In this document: positions 43,037 to 51,078 of the stretch, one piece after another | Layout: each line of letters begins with the position of its first letter | Position numbering within the stretch: the first letter of the stretch is position 1 | Origin: an uncultured Ruminococcus sp. | GTDB taxonomy: Bacteria > Bacillota > Clostridia > Oscillospirales > Acutalibacteraceae | Assembly (NCBI GenBank): GCA_905234015.1 | Contig: CAJOFK010000001.1 | Coordinates: 2,887 to 66,886, forward strand | Length of the DNA stretch: 64,000 nt | Reading direction: 5' to 3' | Position numbers and translations under genes: made by a program | Notes under the pieces: generated by a model | Told to the model about the DNA's origin: nothing | What the model saw: only the letters and a program-made list of their open reading frames with translations | Databases searched by the model: none

Positions 43037-45781
43037 ATGGAACTGAAAACATGTTATAACTGCTTTACGGAACACGACGGTCAGTTTTGTCCCGGATGCG
43101 GTTACAAAAATCTGAGTGCGGCGGAAAAGCATCCGCTGGCGCTTCCCGAGGGCACCGTACTTGCGGGAAAATATATACTCGGAAGAGTCCTCGGTCAGGG
43201 CGGCTTCGGAATAACGTATGTAGCTCAGGACTATGAAACCAAGCAGCTTGTCGCTATTAAGGAGTTTTTTCCGGATACTATGGCGGCGCGTACCGACTCA
43301 AAAACCGTTTCCTCTTATTCGGGAGAGAGAGAGGACGCTTTCCTTTACGGTAAGGAGTGCTTCCTTCAGGAGGCTAAAACTCTCGCGGAGTTTAACGACA
43401 ATCCCAATATCGTAAAAGTTTACAGCTACTTTGAGGAAAACGGCACAGCTTATTTCGCGATGGAATATGTAGACGGAATAAGCCTCTTGAAGTACCTTCA
43501 GGACCACGGCGGTAAAATCAGCGTTAAGGAAACCGAGAATGTACTTTTCCCGATTATGGACGCGCTCAACGAGGTCCATTCAAAAGGTATTATCCACAGG
43601 GACATCAGCCCCGATAATATTTATATAACGAAGGACGGAAATATTAAGCTTCTCGATTTCGGAGCTGCGCGCTACAGCCTCGGCGACAGAAGCCGCAGCC
43701 TTGACGTAGTTCTTAAGCACGGCTACGCTCCCAAGGAGCAGTACGCCCGTCACGGACGTCAGGGACCGTATACCGACGTTTATTCGCTCGCCGCTACATA
43801 CTACAGATGCGTTTCCGGACGTGTACCGCCCGATTCAATCGACCGTATCGACGAGGACGATCTTATGAATCTGAGCAGCCTCGGAGTCGACATCGCTCCC
43901 GATAAGGAGGATGCGCTGTTGAGAGGACTCGCCGTTAACCCCGGCGACCGTTATATGAGCATGAACGATTTCAAGATGGCTCTTATCAACCCCTCGAGCG
44001 CTCCGGCTCCTGTTCCGTTCCATACTACATATACTCAGAACGGTCAGACTACTCAGTCGCAGCCCGTTACTTCACAGCAGATTCCTCAGACTCAGGCGGC
44101 TCAGACCGTATCTCAGCCGGTTGCTCAGACTCAGGCGGCGCCTCAAACGGTTTCTCAGCCTGTTTCTCAGGCTCAGCCCGCAGAGAAAAAAGAGTCTTTC
44201 TTTAAGAAAATTCCCGTATGGGTTTATCCTGTTGCAGCGGCAGTTGTGGTTGTAGCTGTAGTTTCCGTTGTAGTTGCGATGATAATGATTAACTCAAATC
44301 CCGCCAAGAATTATACGTTTGACGACCAATCCTCCGAAGGAGTTGGAATCGAGAGCTATATCGGCGAGGATAATAAAGCCGAAATCCCTGCGGAAATAAA
44401 CGGAAAAGTTGTTGACAGGGTAAAGAACGGCGCGTTTAACGGCTCCGAGCTTGATGTAATTGTTATTCCGGATACGGTAAAGACAATTGAAAAGAACGCG
44501 TTCAAAAACTCAAAAATAACAAGCTTCAATATTCCCGACGGCGTTACCGAGATAGGTGAGGACGCGTTCAACGGCTCCTCTATCGAGAGCATCACCATCC
44601 CCGGTTCGGTAACAAGTATTTCAAAAAGCGCGTTTTCGGGCTGTAAGAGCCTTAAATCGGTTAAGATTTCAAACGGCGTAAAATCTATCGGCCAGTATGC
44701 TTTTGAGAACTGTTCCGCGCTTGAGACGGTTGAACTGCCCGAATCTCTTACCGATATTGATACCTATGCTTTCGCTAACTGTACTTCGCTTAAAGAAATT
44801 GCGGTAAAGGGCGGAGTAACTGCTGTTAAATCGAATACATTCTCCGAGTGCACTGCTCTCGAAACAGTTGAGCTCCCCGAGGGCTTAAAGGAAATCGATA
44901 CCTCGGCTTTCTATAACTGTACCGGACTTAAGAAGATTTCCCTCCCGAATAATTTAAGCAAGCTTGAAACGAAAGCTTTTTACGGCTGTTCAAACTTAAC
45001 CGAGATAAATACCTTCGGCGCGGTTAAGCAGTCCGCAAACGGCTCAAAGCTTGAATCCTATACATTCTCCGGACTCGGCAATCTTCAGAAGATAACTGTT
45101 CCCAAGAATATAAAGACGATCTCCTCATACTCGCTGTCAGGGCTCAGCTCGCTTAAGACTATTAATATCTCAAACGGCGTAAAGACGGTTGAAAAATATG
45201 CCGCATATTATAACAACGCTCTCAAGAGTATCACCGTAGCGTCGAGCGTTAAAACACTCGGCGACGGTGCGTTTGAGTACTGCCCCAAGCTGAGCTCAGT
45301 CAAGCTCTCGAAGGGTATTAAAAGGATAAATCCTTATTGCTTTGCGGGATGTACGAAGCTTAAGGCGATTACAATCCCTGCTACCGTTAAGAAGGTCGGC
45401 ACAAACGCGTTTTACAAGTGCAAGAGACTTTCGAATGTAAAATTAAAGAAGGGCGTTAAATCTATCGGCAAGTACGCGTTCTACGATTGTAAGAAGCTCA
45501 CAAAAATAAAGATTCCCTCAAGTGTGAAGAAAATCGGCGTAAGCTCATTCTTCGGCGCAAAAAACCTCAAAAAGGTTAAAATTTCAAAGGGTGTTAAGGC
45601 AATCGGCGCAAGCGCGTTCTTAAGCTGTAAGAAGCTCAAGAAAATTTCGATTCCCAAAACCGTTAAGAAGATAGGCTCATATGCTTTCGCCGGCTGCAAA
45701 TTGAAAAAGGTAACGATTTCAAAGAAGTGTAAGCTCGGACGCCTTGTCTTTAACGGCAACGTTAAAATAAAAAGAAGGTAA
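43037..45781 (+). CDS. Ser/Thr kinase 2: Zn ribbon-kinase-Q/P/T linker-TM-long BspA-type LRR
   Basis: CYNC..CPGC; same kinase motifs; one TM; about 19 LRR units of about 23 aa. Confidence 0.93.
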   Translation: MELKTCYNCFTEHDGQFCPGCGYKNLSAAEKHPLALPEGTVLAGKYILGRVLGQGGFGITYVAQDYETKQLVAIKEFFPDTMAARTDSKTVSSYSGEREDAFLYGKECFLQEAKTLAEFNDNPNIVKVYSYFEENGTAYFAMEYVDGISLLKYLQDHGGKISVKETENVLFPIMDALNEVHSKGIIHRDISPDNIYITKDGNIKLLDFGAARYSLGDRSRSLDVVLKHGYAPKEQYARHGRQGPYTDVYSLAATYYRCVSGRVPPDSIDRIDEDDLMNLSSLGVDIAPDKEDALLRGLAVNPGDRYMSMNDFKMALINPSSAPAPVPFHTTYTQNGQTTQSQPVTSQQIPQTQAAQTVSQPVAQTQAAPQTVSQPVSQAQPAEKKESFFKKIPVWVYPVAAAVVVVAVVSVVVAMIMINSNPAKNYTFDDQSSEGVGIESYIGEDNKAEIPAEINGKVVDRVKNGAFNGSELDVIVIPDTVKTIEKNAFKNSKITSFNIPDGVTEIGEDAFNGSSIESITIPGSVTSISKSAFSGCKSLKSVKISNGVKSIGQYAFENCSALETVELPESLTDIDTYAFANCTSLKEIAVKGGVTAVKSNTFSECTALETVELPEGLKEIDTSAFYNCTGLKKISLPNNLSKLETKAFYGCSNLTEINTFGAVKQSANGSKLESYTFSGLGNLQKITVPKNIKTISSYSLSGLSSLKTINISNGVKTVEKYAAYYNNALKSITVASSVKTLGDGAFEYCPKLSSVKLSKGIKRINPYCFAGCTKLKAITIPATVKKVGTNAFYKCKRLSNVKLKKGVKSIGKYAFYDCKKLTKIKIPSSVKKIGVSSFFGAKNLKKVKISKGVKAIGASAFLSCKKLKKISIPKTVKKIGSYAFAGCKLKKVTISKKCKLGRLVFNGNVKIKRR

Positions 45782-45819
45782 ATAATTTATTTTTAATATA
45801 ATGTCAAGGAGGAAATACT

Positions 45820-46503
45820 ATGGCAATTACAGAATGCGGAAACGGACACGTGTATGATACAGACCAGTACGCCGCTTGTCCCTACTGCAATGGAGGAAGG
45901 AATATAATTGATTTTTCAGGCGGAAACCAGGGAGGAGACGTCGGCAAAACCGTCATCCCCGGTAATATGGCGCCCCCGGCTGCTCAGCCGCCCGTTAATC
46001 CTCAGTTCGGAATGAGCAATACTCAGGCTGTTAATTACGCGGTGAACGCTAACGAGCCGTCAAAAACAGTCGCTCCCGAGGCTTACAGAAAGAACCTCGA
46101 GGATAAGAACAAGACTGTTGCCGTATTTAAGCAGCAGCATAATCTCGATCCCGTAGTGGGCTGGTTTGTTTGCATAGAAGGTCCCGAAAAGGGCTGTGAC
46201 TATCATATGTGGGCAAAAATCAACACAATCGGCAGAAGCGAGAAAAACGATATCTGTATCAAAAAGGACATGACCGTAAGCAAGGAAAATCACGCGAGAA
46301 TTGCTTACGATCCCAAGCATAACAACTTCCAGCTTATCCCCGGAGAAAGCACAAACAACATCTATGTTAACGATGAGCCCGTTTATGTTCCGACTAGGCT
46401 TTCGGCTTACGACGTAGTAGAGCTCGGCAGCAGCAAGATGGTATTCGTGCCGTTCTGTTCGGATAGGTTCAAGTGGTCGGACGTAGAAAATACGGAGAAA
46501 TAA
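45820..46503 (+). CDS. Soluble FHA-domain protein with N-terminal Zn-binding motif
   Basis: CGNGH...CPYC; PVVGW.VC.EG; FHA TIGR...VSKENHA...STN. Confidence 0.88.
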   Translation: MAITECGNGHVYDTDQYAACPYCNGGRNIIDFSGGNQGGDVGKTVIPGNMAPPAAQPPVNPQFGMSNTQAVNYAVNANEPSKTVAPEAYRKNLEDKNKTVAVFKQQHNLDPVVGWFVCIEGPEKGCDYHMWAKINTIGRSEKNDICIKKDMTVSKENHARIAYDPKHNNFQLIPGESTNNIYVNDEPVYVPTRLSAYDVVELGSSKMVFVPFCSDRFKWSDVENTEK

Positions 46504-46504
46504 T

Positions 46505-47332
46505 ATGGGATTTTTTTCCAGAAAAAAGAAAACTCCGCCGCCAAAAACGACGGCTCCGCGCTTTACCGTCCCGACAAGACTCAGCTATAATATAGCGAAT
46601 CTCCAGGGCATCGGAAGGCGTGAACAGCAGGAGGATTCATTCGGCTTCTCTAACGTTACCGACGTTATGAAAATCCGTGAAAAAGGTCTGCTCGCCATAG
46701 CCGCAGACGGTATGGGCGGTATGCAGGGCGGAAAGCTCGCGAGCGATACCGCTGTTGCCTGTATAAGAAATGAATTCGAGCATTTTGATTACGAGGCTTC
46801 GCTGTGCGCCCAGCTCGCCTCGAGCGTAAACCTCGCAAGCGAGACAGTTTTCAATATGCTCGGCGGTATGGGCGGAAGTACCCTCGTTGCCTGTATATTT
46901 TATGACGACAGTCTGTACTGGGCGAGTGTAGGGGACAGCTACCTTTTCCTGCTTAGAGGCGGAAAGCTTTATCGTCTCAACAGAATGCACACCGTTTTAA
47001 ACGACGAATATCTCAGCAGCGCGCTCAGGGGAGATGTTACAACCTTTGAGGGCAAAGAGGTATCGGAAGCTGCGGCGCTTACAAAGTTTCTAGGTATGGA
47101 GTATCTTGAGAATTTTGACTTTACAAGACGCCCGATGCCTGTGTACAGCGGCGATACGTTCCTGCTTTGTTCCGACGGAGTAGGCGGAGTGCTGTCGGAG
47201 GAATGCATTTTCGAATGTATGTCGCGTACCGATTCCAACTCGGTCTGCGAGGAGCTTGAGAAAAATGTTATTGCCGAAAACAGACAGTTTCAGGATAACT
47301 ATACCGCGCTTGTAATCAAGTGCGAAAAATAA
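46505..47332 (+). CDS. PP2C/PPM-family Ser/Thr phosphatase 1
   Basis: R..QED, ADGMGG, VGDS, LCSDG, DNYT. Confidence 0.92.
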   Translation: MGFFSRKKKTPPPKTTAPRFTVPTRLSYNIANLQGIGRREQQEDSFGFSNVTDVMKIREKGLLAIAADGMGGMQGGKLASDTAVACIRNEFEHFDYEASLCAQLASSVNLASETVFNMLGGMGGSTLVACIFYDDSLYWASVGDSYLFLLRGGKLYRLNRMHTVLNDEYLSSALRGDVTTFEGKEVSEAAALTKFLGMEYLENFDFTRRPMPVYSGDTFLLCSDGVGGVLSEECIFECMSRTDSNSVCEELEKNVIAENRQFQDNYTALVIKCEK

Positions 47333-47354
47333 AGAAAATGAGGAGAATATTACT

Positions 47355-48704
47355 ATGAAAAAAAGAGTTTTTTCAGCCATTCTGGTTGTAATTATGTTAA
47401 TTGGACTTGCGCTTCCGGTTAATGCCGCGTTTGACGCCAAAAGCCGCGAGAGCGTATGTGTAATCAAGGTATTGTTTGAGACTACCGACGGCGGTGAATA
47501 TCTTTTCGGCGGCGGTTCCGGCTTCTTTGTAGGAACAAACGGCAAGGATCCCCAGTACCTTGTAACTAACTATCACGTTATCAAGTATTACGTAGATTTT
47601 GATAACGGTAAATTAACTACCGCGAGAAATAAGGTTACCGATACCGTTTATCAGGGACGCGCTAAAATCAGAGCCTATTTCTCAAACGACAATTTTACCG
47701 AGGCTTATCCTGTTGAGTTCAACGACACTAAGGATATCGCCGTATTAAAGCTCGAGGAGCCCACATCCCTGCGCAAGCCTCTTCCGCTTAAGGAACCCGA
47801 GGATAATATGGCAGGCTCCGACGTGTACGCAGTAGGCTATCCCGGACTCTCCGAGAATACATGGGCAGCTCCCACAAAGTCGAAGGATATCACCGATGCA
47901 AGCGTTACAAAGGGCTCGTTCAGCAGACTTTTCACAACTCAGGGTACAGGCGTACAGAATATTGAAGTTGACTGCGATATCAAGCACGGCAACTCCGGCG
48001 GTCCCCTGCTCAACGATAACAACGAGGTAATCGGTATCGCTTACGCAGGCTACAACTCCTTCAACCTTAACACTCTCGAGTCCGAGAAGATGAGCTACGC
48101 CGTAAGTATCTCCGAGGTTATTCCCGTGCTTAAGAAGAATGATATAGACTTTGAGACTTCGGCTGCGGTTGATACACCTAAGTCAAAAACCGCAAAAACA
48201 ACTCCTGCTCAGACATCAACTTCAAGTGATTCTTCGTTCCCGATAATTCTTATCGTAATTATCGTTGCTGTTGTACTCGTGCTCGGAGCAGGCGCAGCGG
48301 TTGCAATTGTGCTTGTCAAGAGCTCTAAGAAGAATAAAGAGGTTGTTGACGCAGCTAACAGAGCTGCCGCTCAGCGCAATGTTAAGAATCCCTCCGTTCG
48401 TTCACTTGCTGCTCAGCACAGGGGAATGAAGGTTCCTCTTGCAGGTCAGATTATAATCGGAAGAAGCCAAGCGGATTGCGCGCTCGTATTCAAAGAGGGT
48501 ACACCCGGCGTAAGCGGAAGACACTGCTCACTCGCATTTGATCCCGCTTCCGGAGATTTCCTCCTTACCGATTTACGCTCCTCCTACGGCACATTCCTGC
48601 AGAACGGCACTAAGCTCACAGCGGGAGTTCCTTACCGTCTTAAAGCAGGCGACCGCTTCTACTTAGGAGATCCGGCTAATCTTATCGCGGTTGAACTGGA
48701 GTGA
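47355..48704 (+). CDS. Signal peptide-trypsin-like serine protease-TM-FHA protein
   Basis: TNYHV (His), DIAVL (Asp), GNSGGP (Ser); TM; FHA IGR...VSGRH...SSYGT. Confidence 0.9.
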   Translation: MKKRVFSAILVVIMLIGLALPVNAAFDAKSRESVCVIKVLFETTDGGEYLFGGGSGFFVGTNGKDPQYLVTNYHVIKYYVDFDNGKLTTARNKVTDTVYQGRAKIRAYFSNDNFTEAYPVEFNDTKDIAVLKLEEPTSLRKPLPLKEPEDNMAGSDVYAVGYPGLSENTWAAPTKSKDITDASVTKGSFSRLFTTQGTGVQNIEVDCDIKHGNSGGPLLNDNNEVIGIAYAGYNSFNLNTLESEKMSYAVSISEVIPVLKKNDIDFETSAAVDTPKSKTAKTTPAQTSTSSDSSFPIILIVIIVAVVLVLGAGAAVAIVLVKSSKKNKEVVDAANRAAAQRNVKNPSVRSLAAQHRGMKVPLAGQIIIGRSQADCALVFKEGTPGVSGRHCSLAFDPASGDFLLTDLRSSYGTFLQNGTKLTAGVPYRLKAGDRFYLGDPANLIAVELE

Positions 48705-48709
48705 TAAAA

Positions 48710-49429
48710 ATGGCTATAGACAGCTATTTGTTCACAGCTTCCGGCGGCAGAGCCTACAACGAGGATTCTGTCGGAGAGCGCGATTTTAAAAACGGAAAAC
48801 TGTTCGTTTTAGCCGACGGTCTCGGAGGCCATAAATACGGCGATATAGCGTCGAAATGCGTAGTAGATACAATGAAGTCCGCTGCTGAACCCGAGGACGA
48901 GGTTCAGCAGTGGCTCGAAGAAAATATCCTTAAGGCTCACGAGGCGGTGATGACCTTACAGGAGGAAAAAGGCGCAAAAATGCGCAGTACCGTAACGGCG
49001 CTCGCCTTAAAGGAAAACAAGGCGTATTGGGCGCATGTCGGTGATTCGAGACTTTATTATATTCACAAAAATGAGATTTCCTCTATTACCGAGGACCATT
49101 CCGTGGCGTATAAAAAGTATCTTTCGGGCGAGATAACCCGTGAACAGATTGCCTTTGACGAGGACCAGAGCTCTCTTTTAAGGGCAATCGGAAACGAGTC
49201 GAGAAACGCTCCCGATTTTAACTGCTCCGAGGATGAGCTGGAGCCGGGCGACGCATTTTTTCTCTGCTCCGACGGAGCGTGGGAATACCTTAAGGATAAC
49301 GAGATACTGTTTGATTATTTCAAGTCCGAAAATGCTTTGCATTGGGCTCGCTATCTTCTCGAGAGAATCGTGAGCAGGGTAAAAGAGGGAAACGATAATC
49401 TGTCGCTTATTACGGTTATGATTGACTGA
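48710..49429 (+). CDS. PP2C/PPM-family Ser/Thr phosphatase 2
   Basis: GR..NED, ADGLGG, VGDSR, LCSDG, DNLS. Confidence 0.92.
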   Translation: MAIDSYLFTASGGRAYNEDSVGERDFKNGKLFVLADGLGGHKYGDIASKCVVDTMKSAAEPEDEVQQWLEENILKAHEAVMTLQEEKGAKMRSTVTALALKENKAYWAHVGDSRLYYIHKNEISSITEDHSVAYKKYLSGEITREQIAFDEDQSSLLRAIGNESRNAPDFNCSEDELEPGDAFFLCSDGAWEYLKDNEILFDYFKSENALHWARYLLERIVSRVKEGNDNLSLITVMID

Positions 49430-49449
49430 TTTTGAAAGAGAGGTAATCT

Positions 49450-50931
49450 ATGAAAAAAAGATTTATAACGGCGGCTTTGTGTCTGCTTTTAACTATGCTT
49501 ATGCTGTTTTCAACCGCCGCTTATGCCGCTCAGAAACCAATCTCGGTTGTATCGTACTACTGTAACGACGGAATTCTTTCCGTTTTTGCGAATATTTCGG
49601 GCAATCACAAGCCCTCAGACCTTTCCGTCGGGGTGAATTCGTCGGAAAAGCAGAAGCTGAAAATGACCGTCAATAACAGTACGGCAAAGGTTAATTATCT
49701 TCTTCTGCTTGACGCCTCAACCTCTATGCCGACTTACAAGTCAAGCATAGTTTCTCTCGTTAAAGGGATAAATAAAAAGTCAAAAACGGCTTGTTATACT
49801 CTCGCTGTATTCGGAGAGAAATTCAAGGTTGTTAGCAAGAATATCAAATCCGCGTCCAAGCTCATCGATGCGATTAACGCTGTTGAGTATACCGAGTCGG
49901 CTACCGATATCGCGGGCGGACTTTGCGACGCGATTGATTACGCCTCAACCTATAACAGGAAGATTAACGAGATATATAACGTAGTTCTCGTTACGGACGG
50001 AATACCTTATCTCACCTCCTACGAGGGCGACTATTCCTCGGCTATCAAGAATTGCGCAAAAAATATTAAGAAAAAGATTGCCGCTCATCCCGAAATTATC
50101 GTCCATTCCGTCGGAACGGATTCTTGGGATAAGGATATAAAGGGCGCGGTTTATACCGGAAAGGGCGTTCATCTCGGTATTGCTTCGGGAGAAAACGCAG
50201 GAGCAAAAATCGCTTCTTCCGTAAACGGCTTGTATATTCTCGATTATGAGGCTAACCTTTCCGACAGCGTTAAAAACGTAAACGCAAGGCTTTTGGTTTC
50301 CGATAAGAAGGGAAAGGATACAACGGTATCTTTAAAGAAAATCCCCAATCTTGACTATATCGGCAAGGCTGACGAAAAAGAAACAGAGCCTCCTACCGAA
50401 AAGAAAAAGAGCGAAAACACCGAAAAGCATACCAATCCTCCCGAGACTGTTCCCGAAACCACGAAGAATACCGATAAAGCCGAAAAGAACGGAGAAAGCT
50501 CCGGCGATTCGGGCTTCCCGTTATGGCTGATTATCGTTATTGCGGGTTCAGCTCTCTTAGTCGCTGCGGCAGTCGTTATTATCCTGCTTGCCGCAAAATC
50601 CAAAGGCAAAAATAAGTACGATAAAAACTATCCTCCTATTAATATGAAGCTTGAGGTGCTGAACGGAAATCTTCTTACAGGCAAGGACAGATTCATTTTA
50701 CGCAAGGAGCTGTTTATAGGTTCAGGCTCCTCCTGCGATATTAAATTCGGCGATATCGACGTTTCCGAAATTAACGCAAGAGTGTATCAGAAGGACGGTT
50801 TAATTTATATCGAAAACCTTTCCGAGGTAAATAACACCACCCTCGGCGGTATGAAGCTTTTCGCTCCCAACCGTTTGAGAAGCGGTGATGAAATCGGAGT
50901 AGGAAGCTCGGTATTTGTTCTGAAATTCTAA
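49450..50931 (+). CDS. Signal peptide-vWA-linker-TM-degenerate FHA protein
   Basis: MIDAS DASTS, ATD, VLVTDG; TM; C-terminal FHA-like fold ending LRSGDEI.VG. Confidence 0.85.
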   Translation: MKKRFITAALCLLLTMLMLFSTAAYAAQKPISVVSYYCNDGILSVFANISGNHKPSDLSVGVNSSEKQKLKMTVNNSTAKVNYLLLLDASTSMPTYKSSIVSLVKGINKKSKTACYTLAVFGEKFKVVSKNIKSASKLIDAINAVEYTESATDIAGGLCDAIDYASTYNRKINEIYNVVLVTDGIPYLTSYEGDYSSAIKNCAKNIKKKIAAHPEIIVHSVGTDSWDKDIKGAVYTGKGVHLGIASGENAGAKIASSVNGLYILDYEANLSDSVKNVNARLLVSDKKGKDTTVSLKKIPNLDYIGKADEKETEPPTEKKKSENTEKHTNPPETVPETTKNTDKAEKNGESSGDSGFPLWLIIVIAGSALLVAAAVVIILLAAKSKGKNKYDKNYPPINMKLEVLNGNLLTGKDRFILRKELFIGSGSSCDIKFGDIDVSEINARVYQKDGLIYIENLSEVNNTTLGGMKLFAPNRLRSGDEIGVGSSVFVLKF

Positions 50932-50950
50932 TTAAATAATATAACAGCAG

Positions 50951-50980
50951 AGAGTCGTCGTTTACCGGCGGCTCTTTTTT
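50951..50980 (+). terminator. Intrinsic terminator closing the kinase operon
   Basis: agagtcgtcg-tttac-cggcggctct followed by a T run. Confidence 0.75.
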
Positions 50981-51078
50981 CGTATTACGAAAATAAAATC
51001 ACAATATTGTAAGTTGTTACGAGGGGCGTTGTGTGATATAATTCTAATAATTCAGTTCTACGGAAATAAGGTAAGATT

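Noticed and set aside
44400-45781. LRR region as a diversity-generating retroelement target or CRISPR-like array
   Set aside because: Repeats are degenerate at the DNA level; no reverse transcriptase, template repeat or spacers
40910-50980. Kinase operon as an active integrative element or prophage
   Set aside because: No integrase, phage or conjugation genes, and no distal direct att repeat seen
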